Below are positions 38,194-51,990 of a stretch of DNA of 64,000 bases, piece after piece; position 1 is the first letter of the stretch, and each line of letters begins with the position of its first letter. Source of the stretch: Auanema rhodensis. Lineage: Eukaryota > Animalia > Nematoda. Both the position numbers and the translations under genes were made by a program. The notes beneath the pieces are model-generated. The model saw only the letters and a list, made by a program, of their open reading frames with translations. It was not told where the DNA came from and searched no databases. The stretch covers positions 14,074,001-14,138,000 of the forward strand of contig OZ059900.1 of the NCBI GenBank assembly GCA_964057225.1. The letters run 5' to 3'.

Positions 38194-41021
38194 ATGAGTA
38201 TTGTTAATAAAGAATTGGATTCTGTAAGCTGTAACAAGAAGGACGACTATTACAACCCGGTTTCAGAGGATACGTCAAAATACGTTATATCGGATTTTCA
38301 AAAGAGCTTAGAAACAAAATTCAATGTCAAATTACGTTTGTTTCTGTTACTTGTCTTTGTGACTTGTTTTATTTGTTACAGAGGATTACAAAAGCTTGCA
38401 TAAATGGAGTTGTGATAACTTTGATAAATTTTGGGAGCATATCATAGAGTATATGAATATATACTTAGGAAATCCTTATACTCAGGTTTTTTTTTCTTTT
38501 AGATGTTTAATCAAATGTTGTACAGGTGATCGATACAACCAAAACAATTGCTGAATTTCCAACCTGGTTTGAAGGAGCTACCCTGAATTATGCCGAAAAT
38601 ATCATAGAGAGGGGTGAAGCAGATAAGCCCGCAATTGTTTCCGTTCGTAAGTTTTTTGAACCATTTTTATATGATATACATTTTTCAGAAATTGTGGACG
38701 GTGAGATAAAGTATGTCACTAAAACATATAAAGATCTTCGTTCTGATGTATATTGCTTGGCAACTGCTTTACGCAACATGGGTGAGCGACAATATTTTAG
38801 TTATCACGGTTTTGAGGAGATTTTGATTAGGAGTCAAAATGGGTGATCATGTTTGTGGATTTTTACCAAATACGTATTTTACAACCATTGCCATGTTTGC
38901 GACAGCGGCGGTCGGTGCAACATGGTGCTCAGCATCTGTTGATTTTGGTCCAAGTGGAGTATTAGATCGGTTCAAACAGGCAAATTTGGTTTACAAAACT
39001 TTTTATCTTTTATATACTTTTTCAGGTGAAACCAAAAGTACTTTTCACTGTATCATCTGTGACTTATAAACGTAAACGTTTTGATTTGACTGAGAAACTG
39101 AACCAAATAGTTGAAGGCATAATTTTGCATTTTGACATTTATTATTTATATTTCTTTTTTAGGCTTACCTACAGTAGAAAAAGTAATTATTGATCATTGT
39201 GCTGATTATGTTGTGCCACATAATAAATATGCAAAATCGGATCTTTTCATGGATAGTAGAGAGTTTACTGTAAAACCAGATCATCCGGTGACTTTCTTAT
39301 ATGAAAAGGTTAGTTCACAAATATGTACATGGTGAAACTATTTCATTTAGGTTCCTTTCAATCATCCATTGTTCGTCATGTTCTCCAGTGGTACTACCGG
39401 ACTTCCTAAGGGAATTGTCCATTCTCATGGAGTATGAGAAAATCTTTACTAAATATATAATGGTTTTTTAATTTGAAGGGAACATTGTTGAAGCATGTTG
39501 AAGAGCACATACTACAAGGAGACAGCAAAAGCAATGATCGTATGCTCTTCTATACAACGTGCGGTTGGATGATGTGGAATTGGTGAGTTATAAATACGGA
39601 GAAATATAGAATTTTTTCATTAGGACAATGAGTTTCCTGTTTTGTGGAGGATCTTTAGTTTTATATGATGAAAGTCCGCTTGAACCAGACACACACATAC
39701 TTATTAAGGTAAGTTCATGAATTGAGTTTTCTATATTTGATATATTGCACTTAGATTGCCTCAGAAACACAAAGTACTATTATTGGTATGGGAGCTAAAC
39801 TATATGATGAATATACAAAACTTCAAATTGACTTCAGTTTGTTAACGTGATCATTACATACAAAGCAATATTCTTATAGAAAATCTTTATAATCTGAAAT
39901 ATCTCCGTTTGGTTTATTCTACGGGATCGCCATTGAAGCCTGCATCATTTGAATTTATTAACAACTGCATTCAGCCCAAAGTTTGTCTCATTATAATATT
40001 TTGCCTAGAATGAATATTTTAGGTATTGATTGGCTCTATATCGGGAGGAACAGACATAATCGGTTGCTTTATGGGTTCAACACCAACATTACCTGTCTTT
40101 CCTGGAGAATGCCAGTGTCTATACTTAGGAATGAATATTGTAGCTTTTAATTTTGAAGGTGGTGTAATTTGTTTTTCACCAACCCGTAACATTTTCTTTA
40201 GGTCAAACTGTGGTTGATGAACAGGGTGAACTGATATGTTTAACTCCTTTCCCCTCAATGCCTTCGCATTTTATCAACGATCCTGATAAGGCTAAATACA
40301 AGAAAGCTTATTTTGACAGGTAAGATGCTTGTGTTGATTCAAATCATATTTTTGTTTTCAGATTTCCCAATGTCTGGGCACATGGAGATTTCTGCCAAAT
40401 CAATAGTAAAACAGGAGGTGTGGTGATGCTAGGACGGTTTGGAATATTATATAATTTATATAATTATCTTTTTTAGTAGTGACGCAACTCTCAATAGAGG
40501 TGGAGTTCGTATTGGTACTGCTGAAATTTATTCTGTGGTGGACACTTTCCAAGAAATCGAAGATAGCATCGTTGCTGGTCAAGCTATGTACGATATCCCG
40601 CTTACGTTTAATTAGTATTTATCTTCAAATTTCAGCCCAGAAAACGAGGACGAAGAAATTCTTTTATTTGTTAAAATGACAAAAAATTTCGAGCTCACTG
40701 CAGAATTGAAGAAAAGCATTGCTGTTGCTATTCGTCAAATGATGTCTCCACGTCATGTGCCAAATAATGTTTATACAGTGCCTGACATCCCCGTACGTTT
40801 TTATAATATATCTTCTTTAATTAATTTTTTTTTCAGTATACGAATTCGGGAAAGAAAGTGGAGATGGCAGTTAAGCAAATTATAAACGGGCAAAAGGTAT
40901 TTTTTTTCCTTTTTGTTTATTAATTGTATTGATTCAGGTTGTGAAATCGTCATCTTTACGCAATCCGGACTCTCTAGATTTTTATCAGCGTTTCAAAAAA
41001 GAGAATACCGCTTCAGCTTAG
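38194..41021 (+). CDS. sur-5: Acetoacetyl-CoA synthetase
   Basis: [92 protein letters not shown]. Confidence 0.95.
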
Positions 41022-41345
41022 AAATAATTATGCACAAAAATAAATGCTTCCTCTTGTTCATTAGAACAAAAAAGCTGTACATCATTTAAATGTACAATTA
41101 TTCTTCTCTTCACTTGCTCCATTTTTAATCTTCTTCTTTTAAGTTTATTTATTTCTTTTCCTCTTTTTTTCAATAGTCGCGTAGAAAAATCTTGTTTGGT
41201 TATAGTTTTCAGTTTACTTTTTATTGTGTTTTTTTTTTGTTCAAAAAAATTAATTAAACAAAATATGCAAGAGTATCAATCAACCATATAACAAAATCAA
41301 GTTTAAAACCACATTAAAATATTAAATGAAATACGAACTTATGAA

Positions 41346-43390
41346 CTACACGTCTGCTGGTTCTATACGTGGCTGAAAATCTAATTCTAGTTCTCTCTGA
41401 TCGTCAGAGTTACTTAGATTTTGATAAGTGAAAGGCGTTTGAAAAGTCTGTGGTACCGGCCTCAATCTTGTCAAGAAAAATGACCGTGATTTATAAACAA
41501 CAAGGAAACCAACGGTGAAGATCAACATGAGCCCAAGTATGAATATAATCTATAAAGTGAATATTGAAGAGAAATTTAAGTTTTATCCTACTTTTGGCTG
41601 TCTTCTAGAAGTTTCTCTCGAGAAATTATTGCAAGTTAAAGAATCTTTCATATGTGTAACAAATTCATTTTTCAAATTTTCTGGATACGCGCATCTGTAA
41701 GAAAAACTTGAACGACATTTTCAAATTGTAAGATTTGCCTGGGAATGTTTTCAATATTTTTAAAGCGAACGAATTCATTCGATGCAAGAAACGCAACGTC
41801 GCATGTACAGTTGAAAGGATTGGCGTGAAGGGATAGTTTTTCCAGCTTGAATATCTCAAAAATTGAAAAAAAAGTTTTGTTTAATTTCACAAACTTGATC
41901 CCAGTTAATCAGATGTTCATCGAGACCATTCAATTTGCAATTATCCAAATACAATTCTTTGATGGCTGTTACTTTTCCGTCAGAGTCATTCATGTTTCCA
42001 AACGCATTTCCATGGATATGGTATAACTTTTCATTATTTCGTAGATCCAAAATCTGAACTGATTTTTCATTATCAGCAGAACTTTACCCTTCTACCTCAA
42101 GATGTTCTAGACCACAGAATGCACAATCGTGTATAGAATACAAGCTGCTCATGTTAAGCATGTATATTTGTTTGATATTCTGGGTATGCTGAAAGGTTGC
42201 AAATCTTTGTTAATTTTTGTGATCTACCGATTTAAAAGAACCTGTAATGTTTGACTATGAATTTCAGTAAGCTCAGTTTCACTCATATCAATATAAGTCA
42301 GATAATTGATGCCTCCTATAGCTAGAGGCATTTCAACAAGTGGATTGTTTCTCAGTGATAACGTAGTCAACCGTCTGGCAGGAATAATGTTAGCGTCAAA
42401 CGATATAGAACTTACTTCATATTATCAAAAAGATCATTAGGCAACTCTTTCAAATTACAACCGTCTAAACTCAATTCTGTTAAGGAAGACAATCCATTAA
42501 AATAACTTTCTCTATAAAACGTTGTTTTGAATGCAATACGTACGTGAATGACTTACTTTAATTGTAATGGATTGTTGTCTAACACTAAGCGTTGAAGATT
42601 TTCTAAGCTGGAGAAAATACCGCTTTCCAGAGTTTTGATAGAGTTACTTGCCAAATTTAATTTTTTTAATTCTTCTAAGCCAGTAAACCATCCTCTGTAT
42701 TTTGAGCACCACTATTATAAATATATAATTCAATATGACTCACGATTTTATATTCTTCAATTTATTGTTTTCAAGATTAAGAGAATGAAGTGTGGTGAAA
42801 AGCTCGAAAGCCCCATTCGAGATACTTTCAATGAAATTGTAGGATAAATCAAGAACTCGCACCTCAGTTTCATGGCCAGGCACTATTTTTTTCTGAAATC
42901 ATTCAAATCACCTGTTTAATTTTCAAGTTCTTAGTTGTTTACCTTCATTAATGTAACAATAGGATTGTGTGTTATTACAACTTTTTCGGCAACAAATCCT
43001 TTTTGTTTTATATAAACTTCGGCAGTATTCAACAATTCATTATCTTCTCCCATTACCTAGAAATTACACATATTATAGAAAAACAATCATAAAAAATTAT
43101 GAACAAGACCTTATCACAAAGTAATTGTTTATCTTCACAGGTGCATGCTAAATTTTCATTTTTTGAACATACTTCCCATCGGTCGTCTTTATCATCAATG
43201 GTTTTACCTTCATCCAAATCATCCTACATTGCTAGTTAAAGAGCAAACTTTCAAACTTAATAATGATTACCTCTGCCTCAGCTGAAATTGGCTTAACAGG
43301 TTTTTGCTTCATCTTTGGCTGAGCTTTTTTTGCAGTAACCAAAAGGGAACAAATAAATAGACACAACACTAAGATTTTAATTAGCCTCAT
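41346..43390 (-). CDS. Leucine-rich-repeat single-pass membrane protein
   Basis: Signal peptide, repeated LxxLxLxxN motifs, LRRCT NPFNCTC, TM and a short tail ending PADV. Confidence 0.85.
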
Positions 43391-44119
43391 CTCTAAAAAA
43401 TTACAATAAGAAAAAAATTTGAAAAATTAATCGATAATCGACCGAGTTGACAAATGGATTGAATAGTATTCTCAACTGTCTTTAACACACAGTACACAGA
43501 GCAGTATATCTGACTGTGATAGCAATATCAATCAAATGATTTTGGAGCATCAACATTACTTTTATCAACCACTTTGATAAGGTTTAAATACTTAGTAATG
43601 ATTATAGTGACAGGCAGTCAAAAGAAGAAGAAGTTTATTAGAAACTGTCAATCATATCTATTCAACAACTATAAATATTATAAAAAGTGAATTTGATTTT
43701 TTTTTTCACAAAACTTTTCTCAAACATTTTGTATATATTGAAATCAAACAAACATATCACTTACATACGAAATGTTTGAAACTGAGATTTCGCGCGATAA
43801 TTGAATATGAACTTCTTTATCATTTGGAATTTGTAAATAAAAATATAACTCACTAAATGAGTTAAAATTTTGATAACTGCAAACTTCTCAGCTTATCTTT
43901 AAAACCATTTGTAGCTGCGAATTGTGAGCATTTGTTTTATAATAACATACAATGATTAGTATTCTCATGTTTTTAATATTAATTATTGTTTATAAACATC
44001 TTTTTACTAATAAAAACTATTCATTGTTCATATTAGTAACTTTGAAATTGCGTATTTCAGATTACAAAGACTTTGTTTTATTATTTAAATTATTGGAATA
44101 ATAGTAATACAATAATTAT

Positions 44120-45509
44120 TTATAAATTTTCATCATCAAATAGTCTTTTTAATAGTGTACCACCCATACTTGGAAATTTATACTGAATTGTTGATGTTGC
44201 CCAACCCATAGGAATTCGAATTGATTCCAAATTCTATAAAGCATATTAAAATTAAAAGAATTATTACAAAATTCTTCATCTACCTCAAATATTACTGGTC
44301 GGAACCGTAAATTTATACAGTTTCGCTGAAAGAATTCAGCTTCCATCATTCTAATAATATTGAGATTCAAATTTATAAACATATCGGAAGAGCTAGCTAC
44401 TTCGTGTAGTCGAACAAACGAAGGCGTATAACATACAACAATTTGCAAAGCCTAAACATCCATACTTGATAAAATTCCGTGTACGATAGCAACCTCATTG
44501 AAGAGTGTTTGAAGCGATGACACTATGTTTTCTTCTGAAATATATTGGGCAATATCAATTATTGGCCTAACAACATGTCGTCTCTGATTATTTCTGTAAA
44601 ATATTGTGAGATTATCGTACTCATGTCTTGAGTTTACTTCAAATTTTTGAGTAACCACCGATATTCTTTACGTTCCTCTCCTGTTGTTTCATAATGAACT
44701 ACGAGAACAACTGAAAAAACTTGAAATTTTTAAAGAAAACTCAAAAATCATTTTAAAAGCATTTTGCTTTTAGAATTGACTCATAATGCTTAAAATTGCA
44801 TACATTGATTAGGTATTCTCAATCTTGGTGAATCATCACTGATTGTTTGATCTAGAAAATAATCAAATTTACAATCACCACTATTTCACCTACTCCTAGA
44901 ATAACTGCCATCACATAACTGACCAACATCAAATAATTCTTTTAAGGAATATAATGTATCGACGCGATTCATTCTTTTTAGTAAACGAATAAAGTTATTA
45001 AGATTTTCATGAGAATATTTTTTGCTTAATAAATCAAACGGACTAATATCTCGCTGCATCATCTTGAATAGATCAATACTCAATATTTGATTGGAGCGAG
45101 ATGTTTCTTACCATGATAGCATCACTGCTCATACCATATTCACAAGCAATGTATTCCCAATTTTTCATAGAACCAAATGCTTTTATGTTCAAATGAGCAG
45201 ACAACATTTCTTTTGCCGTGGTAGTTAAGTCACCTATTCTGAATGTAAACATATACTTCTCAAATCATGTTGAAGAGGAGTACAATAAATGTGAGGAAAC
45301 GTTGAAGACCATTTGGCCTAAAGTGTACTTTGGACCAAACTTTAATGTTCCCAAAAAACCTGGAGCTTTGCCAATTATATTCGAAGGCTTAATTACAATT
45401 AATAGATACTGTATGAACTTGAATACTAAACTTTTTTCTCATCATCTGAATCTATTTCTATCGTAACATTACATAGACTATTATCGTCAATCATATCGGC
45501 TTCATCCAT
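44120..45509 (-). CDS. actl-1: Death-domain + SEFIR adaptor (Act1/CIKS-like), copy A
   Basis: Death domain LSAHLN...KNWEYIACEYGM...ISPFDLL...FIRLLKRMNRVDTL. SEFIR motifs QIVVCYTPSF...IIRMMEAEFFQRNCINLRFRPVIF...IPMGWATSTIQYKFP..TLLKRLF. The 5' exon structure is tentative. Confidence 0.75.
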
Positions 45510-45781
45510 TCTTCAACTACTATGTCTACAAGTTTTAAACTTTTTTTTAAATATATATAACAGATTTGAAACAACTGTAGTTCAAACATATGACACAGAA
45601 TATCATATTTATTAATCACAACGCCTTTCTCTATGAGTACTTTTAATAGAATATTGCATTTTTAACATCATAATGACTACATGTGGAATTATTATTTTAT
45701 AATTATTTAGAAATAACTTTTTCAAGGTATTTTGAATTGATTTAGCAACACATTTTTGTTATGAAATACGTTTTGAAAACG

Positions 45782-47608
45782 TTATTCGTGAATTGAATTT
45801 GTAGATTCTCCCTGTGAACCGCAGCCAGTCTGAAAAGAAAATATTTGCTGACACCCATTCCTAGTTTGATGTTTTTGTTTCTCTAGAATATGTATACCTG
45901 TGAAAAAGAAGGCTGAAGAGTCAACGAATGAATCCCTATTGTGTGAAAGAGACGTCTAATCTTAGGAACAGCTTCTTCATATGCAGCAGCGTTACAGAAT
46001 TCTACTTGAGCTGTGGCTAAGTGCCGGTTTGCAACAAGTGTCCATACTGTTATTTCTTGTACATTAGCAACGCCTTGTACCTGTAATTTGTAAGATTGGA
46101 AAACATCTAATCTACGATTGAAAATACCTTCGTCATATCTTTTTTTAAAGCTTCATTGTTAATGAATTGTGGAGGTCGCCCAAGAATAATATCTGCAGTT
46201 TCTTTTACTAAACGGTAAGCAGAGTACGATATCAATAAAACCAACACCAAACTACAACAACGTTGGTAAGTCTGCTATTCAAGAAAACAAGAAATTCATA
46301 CCTCAAGCCAGGATCAAAGTAATTAAGCGCATCTCCGAAAAAGTTTGCAAAGAAGAGTGCAGCAGCAGCAGTAGCAATAACAAATACAGAACCAATAGCG
46401 TCTGACACAATATGCAGAAAAACACCTTTCATATTCAAATTTTCCTGTTCTGCAAATTGTTTGATAAATGCCGATAAATGGGTTTTACTAGTACCTTCCT
46501 TTTTCTTGTTGGCTAGTTGGGCTGCATCTTCTCCATTATCCGAGTCATATTCATCAGAATTCTCGTTTTCATTCATAATCAAACGTAATGCAAGATGCTA
46601 AAGCCAAATATATTGTAATAAACATTACGAAAAGCACTCACATTATGAGAACAGCTACTCAAATGACTCATCGAGCGAACAGGCTTAGTTTTGATTCGAC
46701 TTTCCTTAAGATTATCATGCTCGCACAATTCTTCATTCTCTGCTGAATCAGCGGCTTTCTGTTTAATAAGTTAAATTTGTTTAAGTTTGTTGGTAAAACC
46801 TTTTTGGAGTGATTATGGCTGTGTCCATGGCTGTGTCCATGGCTGTGCCCATGGCTGTGTTTATGGCTGTGCCCATGGCTGTGTCCATGACCGTGCCCGC
46901 TACCACCGTGGCTATGAGCATGTGTTCCATGGAATAAGAACAATCCAAAAACATTAATGAAAAAACCAATAAGTCCAACAGTTATAACCTGAATTTTGAA
47001 ATAAACGACGTTATTTAGAAAATCTCTCGAACGTGAGTAGGATTAGCCATTTTTTTAGGATTAATTATTCTTCCCACAGCCTCCAGTGTTATGGTAAAGC
47101 AAATAGATAAAAGAAAAACTCCATTCACAAGTGCTCCAAAAACTTCTGCTCTTACCCACCCAAAACCATTCTTCTTTGATTTCATTCGAGAAATCTAAAT
47201 ATAATGAAAAGTCTTAGAGAAAATAGTCAGCCATGACTAGTGAAGTAAACCTTTAAGCAAACTAATGCAATGCACAGAGCCATTACATCCGAAAGCATAT
47301 GATATGAATCAGCTAAAAGAGCAACTGAGCGATTTACTAGTCCAAACAGTAATTCAACCAAAAAAAATAAAAAAGTTATTACAATGAAAAAGATAATTTT
47401 CGAGCTGTTTTTCCTGTAAGAAACCGTATTACATAAAAAAGTTTCTATTTTGTTACTGGTGAGTAGTTTCCTCATGATGATCATCTTCTTCTTGTTCATT
47501 TTGTTTCAAACGAGCTAATAAGCGTTGTTCTTTTTTTTGATTACTATGAATTTGGCACGCAGTGGAATTTTCTGTGTTGCCCACATTTTCCATTTCACTT
47601 TCCATCAT
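45782..47608 (-). CDS. cdf-1: Cation diffusion facilitator, ZnT1-like zinc exporter, copy A (long His loop)
   Basis: ALLADSYHMLSD, FGWVRAEVFGALVNGVFL, HGHS-repeat loop, LNMKGVFLHIVSDAIGSV, FHTIGIHSLTLQP. Splices in frame. Confidence 0.9.
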
Positions 47609-47765
47609 ACAGAAGAATTCTAAACATATTTCACTAAATATTCTTTTTATTCAAACAAATAAAATATATTTTGACAATTAGTTATAACCTTGTGAGAAAA
47701 AAGGTTAAAATTTCAATTCAGTTTTACAAGAAAACACGAAAAAAAGATAAATTGTGTTCGCACAT

Positions 47766-47768
<3 letters not shown>

Positions 47769-47814
<46 letters not shown>
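47769..47814. repeat. (TA)n microsatellite at the inner end of the left palindrome arm; a shorter counterpart lies at ~48373-48385
   Basis: Seen directly in the sequence. Confidence 0.95.
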
Positions 47815-47817
<3 letters not shown>

Positions 47818-48545
47818 TTATTTGATATTTTAAAAAATAGAAGGAAAACTTTTAGCTAAACGAATGACTTCGCCGTTATCAATCAATGAAACAGAAGAGC
47901 CTGTGGTATATCTAATAAAAAAAGATGCTAGTGTGAAAGAAATGGTCCCATATATGTATCAGCTGGTGATAGCGAAAATGGCAAATAACAGAAAGAGCAA
48001 AAGAAGAGAGACGGAAGAAATAATTTGTGAACATATTTATCTAGAATTTATAATATTATATAGATGGTAAATTCAAGATTATTATCTTTTTTCAAACCCA
48101 TTTGTTATTTCATCAGCGGTAGAAATGATTATAACTGTTTTCATGTTTTTTTCATTGACTTCTCTTAATTCGTAATACATATGACTATTTTTTAATTTCC
48201 AGAACGCAATTATATTTGTGCCGTGTAGACGAAAATGTCGCAGACAAAGCCGCGTTCTTTCTCTGATCGCATAAGCTGTTTACTTTAGAATGCGATAGGA
48301 AACCAAAACGACTAGAGAAAGTTATCGATTACTTTTCACGCTGAGCTTCTATTTTTTTTATCTCAATTATGAATATATATATATAGTCATGTGCGAACAC
48401 AATTTATCTTTTTTTCGTGTTTTCTTGTAAAACTGAATTGAAATTTTAACCTTTTTTCTCACAAGATTATAACTAATTGTCAAAATATATTTTATTTGTT
48501 TGAATAAAAAGAATATTTAGTGAAATATGTTTAGAATTCTTCTGT

Positions 48546-50328
48546 ATGATGGAAAGTGAAATGGAAAATGTGGGCAACACAGAAAATTCCACTGCGTGCC
48601 AAATTCATAGTAATCAAAAAAAAGAACAACGCTTATTAGCTCGTTTGAAACAAAATGAACAAGAAGAAGATGATCATCATGAGGAAACTACTCACCAGTA
48701 ACAAAATAAAAAACTTTTTTATGTAATACGGTTTCTTACAGGAAAAACAGCTTGAAAATTATCGTTCTTGTTGTAATAACTTTTTTATTTTTTTTGGTTG
48801 AATTAGTGTTTGGACTACTAAATCGCTCAGTTGCTCTTTTGGCTGATTCATATCATATGCTTTCGGATGTAATGGCTCTGTGCATCGCATTAGTTTGCTT
48901 AAAGGTTTACTTCACTAGTCATGGCTGACTATTTTCTCTAAGACTTTTCATTATATTTAGATTTCTCGAATGAAATCAAAGAAGAACGGTTTTGGGTGGG
49001 TAAGAGCAGAAGTTTTTGGAGCACTTGTGAATGGAGTTTTTCTTTTATCTATTTGCTTTACCATAACATTGGAGTCTGTGGGAAGAATAATTAATCCTAA
49101 AAAAATGGCTAATCCTACTCACGTTCGAGAGTTTTTCTAAATAACGTCGTTTATTTTAAAATTCAGGTCTTGATTGTTGGAGTTATTGGTTTATTGATTA
49201 ATGTTGTCGGAATATCCTTATTTCATGGAGCACATGGTCACAGTCACGGTGGTAGCGGGCACGGTCATGGACACAGCCATGGACACAGCCATAATCACTC
49301 CAAAAAGGTTTTAACAATAAACTTAAACGAATGTAACTTGTTAATCAGGAAGCCGCTGATTCAGCAGAGAATGAAGAGTTGTGCGAGCATGATAATATTG
49401 AGGAAAGTCTAATGAAAACTAGACCTGTACGCTCAATGAGCCATTTGAGTAGCGCTTGTTCTCATAATGTGAGTGCTTTTCGTAAAGTTTATTACAATAT
49501 ATTTGGCTTTAGCATCTTGCATTACGTTTGATTATGAATGAAAACGAGAATTCTGATGAATATGACTCGGATAATGGAGAAGATGCAGCCCAACTAGCCA
49601 ACAAGAAAAAGGAAGGTACTAGTAAAACTCATTTATCGGCATTTATCAAACAATTTGCAGAACAGGAAAATTTGAATATGAAAGGTGTTTTTCTGCATAT
49701 TGTGTCAGACGCTATTGGTTCTGTATTTGTTATTGCTACTGCTGCTGCTGCACTCTTCTTTGCAAACTTTTTCGGAGATGCGCTTAATTACTTTGATCCT
49801 GGCTTGAGGTATGAATTTCTTGTTTTCTTGAATAGCAGACTTACCAACGTTGTTGTAGTTTGGTGTTGGTTTTATTGATATCGTACTCTGCTTACCGTTT
49901 AGTAAAAGAAACTGCAGATATTATTCTTGGGCGACCTCCACAATTCATTAACAATGAAGCTTTAAAAAAAGATATGACAAAGGTATTTTCAATCGTAGAT
50001 TAGATGTTTTCCAATCTTACAAATTACAGGTACAAGGCGTTGCTAATGTACAAGAAATAACAGTATGGACACTTGTTGCAAACCGGCACTTAGCCACAGC
50101 TCAAGTAGAATTCTGTAACGCTGCTGCATATGAAGAAGCTGTTCCTAAGATTAGACGTCTCTTTCACACAATAGGGATTCATTCGTTGACTCTTCAGCCT
50201 TCTTTTTCACAGGTATACATATTCTAGAGAAACAAAAACATCAAACTAGGAATGGGTGTCAGCAAATATTTTCTTTTCAGACTGGCTGCGGTTCACAGGG
50301 AGAATCTACAAATTCAATTCACGAATAA
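48546..50328 (+). CDS. cdf-1: Cation diffusion facilitator, ZnT1-like zinc exporter, copy B (short His loop)
   Basis: MMESEMENV...DDHHEETTHQ|KNSLKII...ADSYHMLSD...HIVSDAIGS...IHE*. The coding indels seen relative to copy A are multiples of 3. Confidence 0.9.
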
Positions 50329-50600
50329 CGTTTTCAAAACGTATTTCATAACGAAAATGTGTTGCTAAATCAATTCAAAATACCTTGAAAAAGTTATTTC
50401 TAAATAATTATAAAATAATAATTCCACATGTAGTCATTATGATGTTAAAAATGCAATATTCTATTAAAAGTACTCATAGAGAAAGGCGTTGTGATTAATA
50501 AATATGATATTCTGTGTCATATGTTTGAACTACAGTTGTTTCAAATCTGTTATATATATTTAAAAAAAAGTTTAAAACTTGTAGACATAGTAGTTGAAGA

Positions 50601-51990
50601 ATGGATGAAGCCGATATGATTGACGATAATAGTCTATGTAATGTTACGATAGAAATAGATTCAGATGATGAGAAAAAAGTTTAGTATTCAAGTTCATACA
50701 GTATCTATTAATTGTAATTAAGCCTTCGAATATAATTGGCAAAGCTCCAGGTTTTTTGGGAACATTAAAGTTTGGTCCACAGTACACTTTAGGCCAAATG
50801 GTCTTCAACGTTTCCTCACATTTATTGTACTCCTCTTCAACATGATTTGAGAAGTATATGTTTACATTCAGAATAGGTGACTTAACTACCACGGCAAAAG
50901 AAATGTTGTCTGCTCATTTGAACATAAAAGCATTTGGTTCTATGAAAAATTGGGAATACATTGCTTGTGAATATGGTATGAGCAGTGATGCTATCATGGT
51001 AAGAAACATCTCGCTCCAATCAAATATTGAGTATTGATCTATTCAAGATGATGCAGCGAGATATTAGTCCGTTTGATTTATTAAGCAAAAAATATTCTCA
51101 TGAAAATCTTAATAACTTTATTCGTTTACTAAAAAGAATGAATCGCGTCGATACATTATATTCCTTAAAAGAATTATTTGATGTTGGTCAGTTATGTGAT
51201 GGCAGTTATTCTAGGAGTAGGTGAAATAGTGGTGATTGTAAATTTGATTATTTTCTAGATCAAACAATCAGTGATGATTCACCAAGATTGAGAATACCTA
51301 ATCAATGTATGCAATTTTAAGCATTATGAGTCAATTCTAAAAGCAAAATGCTTTTAATATGATTTTTGAGTTTTCTTTAGAAATTTCAAGTTTTTTCAGT
51401 TGTTCTCGTAGTTCATTATGAAACAACAGGAGAGGAGCGTAAAGAATATCGGTGGTTACTCAAAAATTTGAAGTAAACTCAAGACATGAGTACGATAATC
51501 TCACAATATTTTACAGAAATAATCAGAGACGACATGTTGTTAGGCCAATAATTGATATTGCCCAATATATTTCAGAAGAAAACATAGTATCATCGCTTCA
51601 AACACTCTTCAATGAGGTTGCTATCGTACACGGAATTTTATCAAGTATGGATGTTTAGGCTTTGCAAATTGTTGTATGTTATACGCCTTCGTTTGTTCGA
51701 CTACACGAAGTAGCTAGCTCTTCCGATATGTTTATAAATTTGAATCTCAATATTATTAGAATGATGGAAGCTGAATTCTTTCAGCGAAACTGTATAAATT
51801 TACGGTTCCGACCAGTAATATTTGAGGTAGATGAAGAATTTTGTAATAATTCTTTTAATTTTAATATGCTTTATAGAATTTGGAATCAATTCGAATTCCT
51901 ATGGGTTGGGCAACATCAACAATTCAGTATAAATTTCCAAGTATGGGTGGTACACTATTAAAAAGACTATTTGATGATGAAAATTTATAA
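50601..51990 (+). CDS. actl-1: Death-domain + SEFIR adaptor (Act1/CIKS-like), copy B
   Basis: Inverted, near-identical copy of 44120-45509. Confidence 0.75.

Noticed and set aside
45218-45466. 82-aa ORF (and its mirror at 50644-50892)
   Set aside because: Antisense to the actl-1-like exons; conserved only because of the duplication.
46810-46925. 12-bp tandem repeats as a CRISPR-like or satellite array
   Set aside because: They encode the HGHS repeats of the CDF His loop and have no spacers.
47864-48070. 68-aa ORF in the palindrome spacer; AACAGAAA-like motifs as high-zinc-activation (HZA) elements
   Set aside because: No recognisable domain or splice support for the ORF. The motif only partly matches the HZA consensus in AT-rich DNA.
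48655-48726. Apparent frameshift inactivating cdf-1 copy B
   Set aside because: The extra A lies in an intron (~48698-48741). The true frame starts at 48546 and is intact.
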